A stretch of 64,000 nt of DNA from positions 671 to 64,670 of the forward strand of contig JAZQTM010000104.1 of assembly GCA_045630765.1 (NCBI GenBank), written 5' to 3'. The stretch comes from Acutalibacteraceae bacterium (GTDB lineage Bacteria; Bacillota; Clostridia; Oscillospirales; Acutalibacteraceae). The notes under the pieces are model-generated. The model worked only from the letters and a program-made list of their open reading frames with translations. It was not told where the DNA came from and searched no databases. Within the stretch, counting starts at the first letter, position 1. Each line of letters starts with the position of its first letter. Shown here piece after piece: positions 17,768-26,246 of this stretch. Made by a program: the position numbers and the translations under genes.

Positions 17768-20605
17768 GTGAGATTAACTATTCCCATACTATTTAACTGT
17801 ATTCTTGTTCTCGCAGTCTACCTCATTGATAAATATACTCCCCTTAAAAAAATGCCGTATATGGCAAAACAAGTCATCATCGGTGTTTTATTTGGTGGCG
17901 TTTCCGCTTTCGCTTCAAGTTATGGCGTAGAGTGGTTGGGAACGACTGTAAACGTACGTGATGCGGCGCCCTTATCAGCAGGTCTTATTTTTGGCGCGCC
18001 TGCCGGCATCATTTCCGGTCTTATCGGTGACCTTTACCGCTGGTTCTCGGTGTATTGCGGCGCAGCCGTATATACACAGCTTGCCTGCAGTGTCGCCACC
18101 ATCCTTGCCGGTTTTATGGCAGCAGGGCTCAGAAAGCTGATGTTTGACAACAAAAAGCCTACGTGGGGTTACGGCATTTGTATTGCCGTTGTTTGTGAAG
18201 TCATTCATATGATCCTCATTTTCCTCACAAATATGGATGACTCCTCATATGCCTTCGAATTTGTCAAAGGCGCCACAATCCCCATGATTCTTGGCAATGC
18301 GGTGGCTGTTGGTGTTGCCATTCTCATTGTATCTGTTTTAAGCCGTGAACGTTTTACTCGCAAGAAAGGCAGTGAACGAATTGCCAATACGTTTCAGCGT
18401 TGGCTCCTTGTTTGCATTGTTGTTGCTTATTTAATAACAAGTGCCTTTACGTTCGTTCTTCAAAACGGAATGGTCAGCATTGAAACACAAGAGGTGTTTA
18501 CTACTGCGATAAATGATGTTGAAACAGATATCAAGGGAAAGTCCAACGCACAACTACTTAGTATTGCAGAGAAAGTCAAAGTTGAATATGAAGCGGATCG
18601 TAACATTTCGTTGCAATCACTTGCTCAAAAATATGACATTAAGGAAATCAATATTGTTGCGCAAAGCGGCCTTATTACCAACTCAACCGAAGCGGATGTC
18701 ATAAACAACTACGATATGAACAGCAAGGCACAATCCAAGGAGTTTGTGGACACACTTAAAACCAAGGATTCCTTTGTTCAAGAGTATACTCCCAGAGGAA
18801 AAGATGAATCCGTTTGGAGAAAATACGCGGCTATCAACTTAGAAGATGGCGGATTTATCCAAGTGGGGTACGATGCCGAGCAGTTCCACAAAATGCTCAA
18901 CGAGTTCGTGGTAGACGTTACTAAAAATCGCCACGTTGGCACAGGTGGCTTCGTTGCCGTTTGTGACGATAAACTCAATATGGTAATCGATAACGATTAC
19001 GCCGGTCTTTCTATTTCTACCATAGGTATTGACCCTCCGACCGAAATGAAAGAGGGCAAAACCGCTACGTCGCTTTACTATGCCGACATTGTTGATGGCA
19101 AAACCACCGACAGTATGGAATACATATATGTGTTTAAGTTCGTTGAGGGCTACTGCATCATTGCGGCACAACCTGCTTCGGAAGCAATGTTTATGCGTGA
19201 TGCTTCTCTTTACACGAGCATTTTTATGCAAGTGCTGATTTTTGCCGCACTTTTCGTATTTATTTACATACTGATCAAAAGAGTCATCATCAACAACTTA
19301 AAGAAGATCAACGATACGCTTGGTAGAATTACAGACGGCGATTTGAACGTCACGGTAGACGTTCGCTCCAACGAAGAATTTTCGTCCCTTTCGGATGATA
19401 TCAACTCAACCGTTACAACGCTTAAACAATATATTGCTGAAGCCGCTGCTCGTATTGATAAGGAACTTGAGTACGCAAAGCAGATTCAGCTTTCGGCGTT
19501 GCCTACCAACTTCCCCGAAGGTGAAGAGTATAGCATTTATGCGGCAATGATCGCCGCGAAAGAGGTCGGTGGCGACTTCTATGATTTCTACAAATTAAAC
19601 GATACCACCGTGGCTTTCCTTGCTGCTGACGTGTCGGGCAAAGGAATTCCGGCGGCAATGTTTATGATGACTGCCAAGACGATTATCAAAGACTTGGCAG
19701 AAAGAGGTTTGGCGGTAAACGATATTTTCACAAAGGCAAACGAAAAGCTTTGTGAGAATAACGAATCGGGTATGTTTGTTACTGCTTGGATGGGTATTTT
19801 GGATTTGACTACCGGTAACGTGCAATTTGCCAATGCGGGACACAATCCGCCGCTGTTAAAACGTGCAGACGGCTCGTTTGAATATCTGAAAACACGAGCG
19901 GGATTTGTTCTGGCAGGTATGGAAGGCGTGTGTTACCGCGTGGGTGAAATCACGCTTGGCAAGGGCGATCGATTGTTCTTGTATACTGACGGTGTACCGG
20001 AGGCTACAAACGTCGAGAATAAGCTTTACGGTGAAGAAAGGCTCTTAACCTTTATGAACCAAAACGCCGACTTAAAAGCCGAATTGCTGTTACCTGCACT
20101 TAAAACGAATATCGATGAATTTGTGGGTGAAGCACCCCAGTTTGACGATATTACGATGCTGATGCTTGATTACAAACCTCAAAAAGGAGGTGAGCACTTG
20201 ACGAATAAAACATTCCCGGCCAAAACGGAAAGTTTGCCCGAGGTTCTTAGCTTCGTAGAAGAAACTCTCGAAAGTTTTGACTGTTCTATGAAAATCCAAA
20301 CGGCAATTTGCGTAGCCATTGAAGAAGTATTCGTCAACGTCGCTCGCTATGCCTATCCGGATACCGAGGGGGATATGTCACTTTACATTGGTTTTGATGA
20401 ACAAACCCGTGACGTGACGTTCCGTGTATCGGATAAGGGCGTTCCTTTTGATCCGCTAAAGAAACCCGATCCGGACATCACTCTTTCGGCAGAGGAGCGT
20501 GAAATCGGCGGCCTTGGCATTTTTATTACCAAGAAAACGATGGATACCGTAACTTACGCCTATGAAAATGGCGAAAACATTTTAACTATGATTAAGAAAA
20601 TCTAA
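17768..20605 (+). CDS. Membrane sensor: 5TM LytS-like module + Cache-like extracytoplasmic domain + HAMP + PP2C (SpoIIE-type) phosphatase + RsbW-type anti-sigma kinase (HATPase) domain
   Basis: GTG start follows AAAGGAGAGG. The N-terminal hydrophobic module contains NVRDAAPLSAGLIFGAPAGIISGLIGDLYRWF. The HAMP region is NNLKKINDTLGRITDGDLNVTVDVRSNEEFSSLSDDIN. PP2C motifs are GGDFYDFYKL, DVSGKGIPAAMFM, LYTDGVPEA and DDITMLML. The C-terminal kinase boxes are EEVFVNVARYAY, DKGVPFDP and GGLGIFI. Confidence 0.8.
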   Translation: MRLTIPILFNCILVLAVYLIDKYTPLKKMPYMAKQVIIGVLFGGVSAFASSYGVEWLGTTVNVRDAAPLSAGLIFGAPAGIISGLIGDLYRWFSVYCGAAVYTQLACSVATILAGFMAAGLRKLMFDNKKPTWGYGICIAVVCEVIHMILIFLTNMDDSSYAFEFVKGATIPMILGNAVAVGVAILIVSVLSRERFTRKKGSERIANTFQRWLLVCIVVAYLITSAFTFVLQNGMVSIETQEVFTTAINDVETDIKGKSNAQLLSIAEKVKVEYEADRNISLQSLAQKYDIKEINIVAQSGLITNSTEADVINNYDMNSKAQSKEFVDTLKTKDSFVQEYTPRGKDESVWRKYAAINLEDGGFIQVGYDAEQFHKMLNEFVVDVTKNRHVGTGGFVAVCDDKLNMVIDNDYAGLSISTIGIDPPTEMKEGKTATSLYYADIVDGKTTDSMEYIYVFKFVEGYCIIAAQPASEAMFMRDASLYTSIFMQVLIFAALFVFIYILIKRVIINNLKKINDTLGRITDGDLNVTVDVRSNEEFSSLSDDINSTVTTLKQYIAEAAARIDKELEYAKQIQLSALPTNFPEGEEYSIYAAMIAAKEVGGDFYDFYKLNDTTVAFLAADVSGKGIPAAMFMMTAKTIIKDLAERGLAVNDIFTKANEKLCENNESGMFVTAWMGILDLTTGNVQFANAGHNPPLLKRADGSFEYLKTRAGFVLAGMEGVCYRVGEITLGKGDRLFLYTDGVPEATNVENKLYGEERLLTFMNQNADLKAELLLPALKTNIDEFVGEAPQFDDITMLMLDYKPQKGGEHLTNKTFPAKTESLPEVLSFVEETLESFDCSMKIQTAICVAIEEVFVNVARYAYPDTEGDMSLYIGFDEQTRDVTFRVSDKGVPFDPLKKPDPDITLSAEEREIGGLGIFITKKTMDTVTYAYENGENILTMIKKI

Positions 20606-20619
20606 AGGGGATTATAACT

Positions 20620-20916
20620 ATGACTATCGAAACCAAAAAGACCGAAACAGCAACCATCATTGAGATCGTCGGCAGACTGGATACCATTACCGCTCCCGCA
20701 CTGGACAAAACCATTAACGAGGATATTGGAGATGCCAAAAATCTCGTCCTTGATCTGAAAGGTCTGGAGTATATCTCCAGCGCCGGTCTTCGCGTACTTC
20801 TCGCGGCGCAGAAGAAAATGCAAAAGATCGGTTCGATGAAAGTGACGGGCGTTTGCGCAGAGGTTATGGAAGTATTCGAGATGACCGGTTTTGCCGATAT
20901 TTTGGTGATTGAATAA
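20620..20916 (+). CDS. STAS domain protein (anti-sigma-factor antagonist, SpoIIAA/RsbV-like)
   Basis: 98 aa with the conserved phospho-serine context LKGLEYISSAGLRVLL. RBS AAAGGGG. Confidence 0.85.
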   Translation: MTIETKKTETATIIEIVGRLDTITAPALDKTINEDIGDAKNLVLDLKGLEYISSAGLRVLLAAQKKMQKIGSMKVTGVCAEVMEVFEMTGFADILVIE

Positions 20917-21482
20917 TGGAACTGGTAAGTGAAGCAATCGCATTTGCCGTGAAAGCGCACGACGGAATGCGTCGTAAAAAAAGTGAATTGCCCTATATTT
21001 TGCATCCAATGGAAGCGGCAACGATCGTCGGTACGATGACGGAGGATCAAAACTTGATTGCAGCCGCCGTTTTGCATGACGTTGTGGAAGATGCAGGGGT
21101 TACGATTGACGAGATTGAAGAAAAATTCGGCGCGCGTGTGCGGGAACTTGTTGAATCGGAAACGGAAAACAAACGAGCGGATTTACCACCAAGTGATACG
21201 TGGCGTATCCGCAAAGAAGAAACCCTTGCCGCCTTGAAAAGCACCGATGATATTGAGGTGCTGATGGTATGGCTTGGCGATAAGCTTGCCAATATGCGTG
21301 CCATCTACCGCGATTTCAAGGTAGAGGGTGTGGCAATGTGGCAGCGATTCAATCAAAAAGACGCAAACGAGCAGGCTTGGTACTATCGCTCCATTGTTGC
21401 TTTAACCGAGCGTCTGTCCGATACGTCGGCTTGGCTCGAATATAAGACTCTGACAGAACTTGTCTTTGGAAAAGGAGAATAA
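20916..21482 (+). CDS. RelA/SpoT-type HD domain protein (small alarmone hydrolase-like)
   Basis: Motifs AVKAHDGMRRKKSELPYILHPMEAA and AAVLHDVVEDAG (HD...ED), with no synthetase domain. The start shares one base with the STAS stop (TAATG). Confidence 0.7.
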   Translation: MELVSEAIAFAVKAHDGMRRKKSELPYILHPMEAATIVGTMTEDQNLIAAAVLHDVVEDAGVTIDEIEEKFGARVRELVESETENKRADLPPSDTWRIRKEETLAALKSTDDIEVLMVWLGDKLANMRAIYRDFKVEGVAMWQRFNQKDANEQAWYYRSIVALTERLSDTSAWLEYKTLTELVFGKGE

Positions 21483-21486
21483 ACCC

Positions 21487-22665
21487 ATGAACGTTACTTA
21501 TCGTGTTGATAAAGACATTTTGTATATTGCGATTGAGGGCAGAGTTGATGCTACCAACGCAGCAGAGGCAGAAGAGAAAATCTTTGCTATTAAGAATGAA
21601 AACCCCGACAAACATACCGTCATTGACGCCGATACACTTGAGTACATATCTTCTGCAGGGCTTAGAGTGATTTTAAGACTTCGCAAAGAAGAACCGAAAC
21701 TCGCCATTATCAACGTATCTTCCGATGTCTATGAAGTGTTTGATATGACCGGCTTTACCGATATGGTGACGGTTGAAAAAGCGTATCAACGAATGAGCGT
21801 TGAGGGCTGTGAGTTTATTGCAAAGGGTGCGAACGGTGCCGTTTATCGTTATGATGACGAAACCATCCTCAAAACCTATTTTGCAAAAGATGCTCTCCCT
21901 GAAATTAAGCAGGAGCGCGAAAACGCAAGAAAGGCGTTCATCCTCGGCATCAATACCGCTATTCCTTACGGTATTGTTCGCGTAGGGGAAGGGTACGGTA
22001 CCGTTACCGAACTTCTCAATGCGGTTAGCGTTACAAAATTAATTCGCAAAAATCCCGACGATATGTCCGAGGCTGCAAAATACTACATCGATATGCTTAA
22101 AAGCATTCACGCCATCGAGGTGGAAGACGGCGAAGTGCCCGATATGAAGGAAACGGCACTTGCTTGGGCAGATTTTGTTGCCAAACATATTCCTGAAGAT
22201 CAGGGCAAAAAACTGCGCGCCTTGATCGAAGCCGTTCCCAAGAGAAACACACTGATGCACGGTGACTATCACACCAATAATATTATGGTGCAAAACGGTG
22301 AGCCGTTGCTGATTGATATGGATACTCTTTGTATGGGACACCCTGTGTTTGAACTCGGCTCAATGTTCAATGCCTTTATCGGCTATTCCGAACTTGACCA
22401 CGAGGTGACCGAGAAATTCTTTGGCTACACTCACGAAGCTGCCGAGAAATTCTGGGATATGTCTCTTAAAATGTATCTCGGCACGGATGACGAAGGCGTG
22501 TGCAGAAGCGTTGCGGAAAAGGCAATGATTATCGGTTATACCCGTATGCTCCGTCGTGCCGTTCGCCGTCCTGAAGAAGCGGACAGCCCTGCTAAGATCG
22601 CAAGATGTAAGGAAATGCTCGCTATTCTTCTTGAAAAGACCGATAGCCTTTGTTTCGATTGCTAA
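21487..22665 (+). CDS. STAS domain fused to APH/protein-kinase-like domain
   Basis: ATG at 21487 follows AAGGAG. The N-terminal STAS domain carries LEYISSAGLRVILRL. The kinase-like fold shows a Gly loop (GANGAVY), a Lys (ILKTY), a catalytic HGDYHTNNIM and IDMDT. Confidence 0.7.
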   Translation: MNVTYRVDKDILYIAIEGRVDATNAAEAEEKIFAIKNENPDKHTVIDADTLEYISSAGLRVILRLRKEEPKLAIINVSSDVYEVFDMTGFTDMVTVEKAYQRMSVEGCEFIAKGANGAVYRYDDETILKTYFAKDALPEIKQERENARKAFILGINTAIPYGIVRVGEGYGTVTELLNAVSVTKLIRKNPDDMSEAAKYYIDMLKSIHAIEVEDGEVPDMKETALAWADFVAKHIPEDQGKKLRALIEAVPKRNTLMHGDYHTNNIMVQNGEPLLIDMDTLCMGHPVFELGSMFNAFIGYSELDHEVTEKFFGYTHEAAEKFWDMSLKMYLGTDDEGVCRSVAEKAMIIGYTRMLRRAVRRPEEADSPAKIARCKEMLAILLEKTDSLCFDC

Positions 22666-22679
22666 AGGAGACGGATGTT

Positions 22680-23576
22680 ATGAAAAGTAAGGGCTTGAAA
22701 GTACCGGTAATCCTTATTGTCGTCAGCATAATTGTTGCGATTTTGGCAAGTTTACTGGTCTCGATGCAAAAAACTCCCGCCATAACAAAACACGATTTTG
22801 ATTTCTCAATCACTTATAAACTCGACGGAGAAACCAAAACGCTAAACGGTGTTTACAGTTGTCGTTTTACAGGTTTTGGAGGGGACGGTGTCGACCCGCT
22901 TTGCCGATATTACGAAGGCACGTATACGGTAGAAGGCGAGAGCGATAATGACCGTTGCTTTACAATTGCCCAAAAAGACGGATACGAACTTTATATCGTG
23001 GCGCTTTTGAACGATTCCTACCTTATGGGTGATGTGAAAAACGATTCGTATGACTCGTACAACGAAAGACCTACTCTTGAAGCAGAAGACAACGAAGGCT
23101 ATCAATACGATGAAGCGGATTTGCCCGCTGTTTTTGATGCCGAGATCGTCAGCTTTGAATATCCCGAACCGATTGAAAACACATTCCGTTTTACGGGCTT
23201 TTCGGGGCTTCATGCTACAAGTACGGGTGTGATGACGCTCGTTGGTGTTTTAGCCCTTATTCTTTGTATGATTTTTGTAAGGAAGGGCAGCGACGTTGAA
23301 TATCGTGTGCTCGATAAGTTTGGCATTGCGCTCAATTTCGCGGCGATGTTTTTTGTGCTTCCCATTCTGTATATCACGGCGGTTTTTGTTCAGGCATACC
23401 CGACGGGACCGGATTGGATATATCAAGCGTATCTGTGTATTCCGCAGATGATTCCGTTCTCCATTGCGGCATCGGTATCTTTGCGGCGTAAAGGATTCAG
23501 AAAAAGCGGATTTTGTGTTCAGTTCATAGCACTTGTGATAGAAGCGATACTTATTCTGATAGAATATATCTTATAA
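22680..23576 (+). CDS. Membrane protein of unknown function, paralog 1
   Basis: ATG at 22680 follows AAAGGAG. An N-terminal TM helix precedes an acidic, aromatic-rich external domain (FDFSITYKLDGETKTLNGVYSCRF ... VSFEYPEPIENTFRF) and about four C-terminal TM helices. Confidence 0.55.
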   Translation: MKSKGLKVPVILIVVSIIVAILASLLVSMQKTPAITKHDFDFSITYKLDGETKTLNGVYSCRFTGFGGDGVDPLCRYYEGTYTVEGESDNDRCFTIAQKDGYELYIVALLNDSYLMGDVKNDSYDSYNERPTLEAEDNEGYQYDEADLPAVFDAEIVSFEYPEPIENTFRFTGFSGLHATSTGVMTLVGVLALILCMIFVRKGSDVEYRVLDKFGIALNFAAMFFVLPILYITAVFVQAYPTGPDWIYQAYLCIPQMIPFSIAASVSLRRKGFRKSGFCVQFIALVIEAILILIEYIL

Positions 23577-23597
23577 ACCACGGGAAGGGATTTCATT

Positions 23598-24485
23598 ATG
23601 AAAAACCAAAAATTGTTTTTACCAACCATCATTTTTGTTGCGGCACTTGTGATTACTATGGTTGCTGTACTTATCGCCGGTATCGCGTTAAAACCAAAGA
23701 TTACCGAAAGTGAGTTCCCGTTTTCTATCACGTACGAATTAGATGGCGAAACCGTAACAATCAGTGACGTTTACAAAGTGCGGTATGAACCGGATAACGA
23801 ATATAAAAACCGTGTATACGTCGGTGAAATTTGCAATAAGGAAGAAGACAATACCTACTACACTCTTAAAAGGGATGACACCGGCAGAATTGAGTTGTGG
23901 ACTCATTTTTATGCGGACTATCTGATGGGCGATCCCGAGTACGATTATTTTGATGAATATTCTTTTGAACCGATAATTTATTATTATGATACTCAAGAAA
24001 TCGAGTATCACGATGAAGAAACCTTGTCGAAGCAAGGCGTAAAGCTGATAAGCTTTGAATATCCCGAACCGATTGAGAATTCGTTGGCTTTTTCGCATTT
24101 CGTATTTCCGGGAAGTGAAGTGATATTCCCCTCGCTTTTGATCGCTTTCTTGGCAATGATCGCAACCCTTATTTTTGTCAAAAAAGATAGCGAGTATGTT
24201 CGTAAGCCAATCAACATCATTACACTCGTTTTCAATTTTGTTATCGGATTTACCGTGTTGCCGTTTTTCACGATTTTGGCTCTTATGCTCAGCGCATTGG
24301 GTGACATTGGCGATGTAATGGATTTGGTGTCTTACTTACTTCCTGCGATAACACTTCTTTGCATTACCGCTTCGATTGGCTTGCGCCGCAAATTATATGC
24401 TAAGAGTGCACTGATCGTTCAGTTTGTATCTCCTGCCATCTTTGCGGTGATTATGATTATTAGTGCTTGCCTCGGTTTAATGTGA
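23598..24485 (+). CDS. Membrane protein of unknown function, paralog 2
   Basis: Same architecture as 22680-23576, with shared motifs (FPFSITYELDGETVTISDVYKVRY ... ISFEYPEPIENSLAF). Confidence 0.55.
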   Translation: MKNQKLFLPTIIFVAALVITMVAVLIAGIALKPKITESEFPFSITYELDGETVTISDVYKVRYEPDNEYKNRVYVGEICNKEEDNTYYTLKRDDTGRIELWTHFYADYLMGDPEYDYFDEYSFEPIIYYYDTQEIEYHDEETLSKQGVKLISFEYPEPIENSLAFSHFVFPGSEVIFPSLLIAFLAMIATLIFVKKDSEYVRKPINIITLVFNFVIGFTVLPFFTILALMLSALGDIGDVMDLVSYLLPAITLLCITASIGLRRKLYAKSALIVQFVSPAIFAVIMIISACLGLM

Positions 24486-24499
24486 AAAACACAAAAAAG

Positions 24500-24531
24500 A
24501 AAAGGCATAGCCCGTGTGGGCTATGCCTTTT
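24500..24531. terminator. Bidirectional terminator between convergent operons
   Basis: AAAAGGCATAGCCC-GTGT-GGGCTATGCCTTTT. Confidence 0.85.
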
Positions 24532-24539
24532 CTTTAATT

Positions 24540-26222
24540 TTAAGCTTTCTCAATATACTCGCGGATGAATTGTGCGAGCGCTTGTTCGGTCGCCGTAGCA
24601 GCTTCACGGTTTGCGGCGGAAACGGAAAGATAGATCTTCAGTTTCGGCTCCGTACCGGACGGACGGACGACAACAGAACCGGTATCCTTCAAGAAGAATT
24701 TAAGCACGTTGGATTTGGGTAAACCGTCAATTCCCAGGCTGTAGTCTAACATGTTAACAACGGTTTTACCTGCCATTTCGTCAAATCCGCCACGGAAAGC
24801 ATCCATAATTGCTTGCATCTTGTGGAAACCGGATTCGCCCTCAAATTCAAACGAATACAGCGTATTGTACGTGAATCCGAATTCTTCGTACAGCATTTCG
24901 AGTTTTTGGAGCAAGGAAATGCCTTGTGCCTTATAATACGAGAACATCTCGCAGATCAACAACGACGCATTCACCGCGTCCTTATCGCGCACGTAGTTGC
25001 CGCTCAAATACCCGTAGCTTTCCTCAAATCCCAGAATATATGCGTCTTTACGACCGGCAGCTTCCAGCACCGCGATTTGTTCGCCGATAAATTTGAATCC
25101 CGTTAAAACGTCAATGGTCTTAACGCTATATTTGTCAGCGATCTTTTTCGCCATATCCATCGTGACGATGGTTTTGACGAAAACGGGATCTTTCGGCATT
25201 TTATTATGCTTTTTCCGCTGTGAGCAAATGTAATCAAGGAGCAGAATACCGGTCTCATTACCCGACAGCAATACAAACTCATTGTCAAGGTTTCGTACCG
25301 CGATTCCCACACGGTCACAATCGGGATCCGTCGCAAGCAACAGATCGGCGTTTTCTTTTTTGGCATACTCCATGCCGAGCATCATCGTTTCGCGAATTTC
25401 GGGGTTCGGATACGGGCAGGTGGGGAAGTGACCGTCGGGTAATTCTTGCTCTTTCACCACCGTGATATTGGTGTATCCGCTTTCGGATAAGGCGCGAAGC
25501 ACAGGCTTCAATCCCGAACCGTTGAGCGGGGAATAGACGATGGAAACGGATTTGTCAATATTCTCGCCAAACAAAACGGATTGATTTTTCACTTCTTCGG
25601 TGAAGTGGGTATACACGTCATCCGGAATGTAGGAGATCGTGCCGTCTTGTTTCGCAGCCTCAAAATCGGTCAGTTTCACATCCTCGAAAACGTCCGTTTT
25701 TGAAATCTCGGCATAGATTTCATCCGCGGCGGCAACCGTGATCTGGCAACCGTCACTTCCGTACACCTTATAACCGTTATATTTCGAGGGGTTGTGGGAT
25801 GCCGTAACCATAACACCGGCGGCACACCCTAAATCACGTACTGCAAACGACAAACACGGTGTCGGCATTAACTCTTTATATAAGCACACCTGAATTCCGT
25901 TGGCAGCAAACACGCGGGCGGCAGTGACGGCAAACAGATCCGATTTGATTCTCGAATCGTAGCTGATCGCGATCTTGCGTTCCTTTTCACTGTAGTGCTT
26001 TACCACGTAATTGGCAAGACCTTGCGAAGCCTTGGCAACCGTATACACGTTCATACGGTTGCTTCCTGCGCCGATTACGCCGCGGAGTCCGCCTGTTCCG
26101 AATTCCAGTTCACGGTAGAACGCATCTTGGATCGCGTCTGCGTCATTCTCAATGCGTTTCAACTCTGCAACCAAATCGGGATCGGCAATTGCTTTTTCAC
26201 GCCAAAGTTTATATGCTTCCAT
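24540..26222 (-). CDS. Phosphoglucomutase/phosphomannomutase family phospho-sugar mutase
   Basis: Active-site loop TASHNPSKYNGYKVY and metal loop ATDPDCDRVG. 560 aa. Confidence 0.9.
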   Translation of the reverse strand: MEAYKLWREKAIADPDLVAELKRIENDADAIQDAFYRELEFGTGGLRGVIGAGSNRMNVYTVAKASQGLANYVVKHYSEKERKIAISYDSRIKSDLFAVTAARVFAANGIQVCLYKELMPTPCLSFAVRDLGCAAGVMVTASHNPSKYNGYKVYGSDGCQITVAAADEIYAEISKTDVFEDVKLTDFEAAKQDGTISYIPDDVYTHFTEEVKNQSVLFGENIDKSVSIVYSPLNGSGLKPVLRALSESGYTNITVVKEQELPDGHFPTCPYPNPEIRETMMLGMEYAKKENADLLLATDPDCDRVGIAVRNLDNEFVLLSGNETGILLLDYICSQRKKHNKMPKDPVFVKTIVTMDMAKKIADKYSVKTIDVLTGFKFIGEQIAVLEAAGRKDAYILGFEESYGYLSGNYVRDKDAVNASLLICEMFSYYKAQGISLLQKLEMLYEEFGFTYNTLYSFEFEGESGFHKMQAIMDAFRGGFDEMAGKTVVNMLDYSLGIDGLPKSNVLKFFLKDTGSVVVRPSGTEPKLKIYLSVSAANREAATATEQALAQFIREYIEKA

Positions 26223-26246
26223 AACACACCTCGTTATTTATTGTCA

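Noticed and set aside
20592-21077. Minus-strand ORFs of 161 and 139 aa overlapping the STAS and HD genes.
   Set aside because: The plus-strand genes have canonical STAS and HD motifs, RBS sites and operon spacing. The minus-strand products have no motifs and run against the operon.
15100-24535. Prophage, ICE or transposon identity for the lower-GC block.
   Set aside because: I saw no integrase, transposase, relaxase, phage structural gene, terminal inverted repeat or flanking direct repeat. Only the compositional contrast and the pathway interruption support foreign origin.
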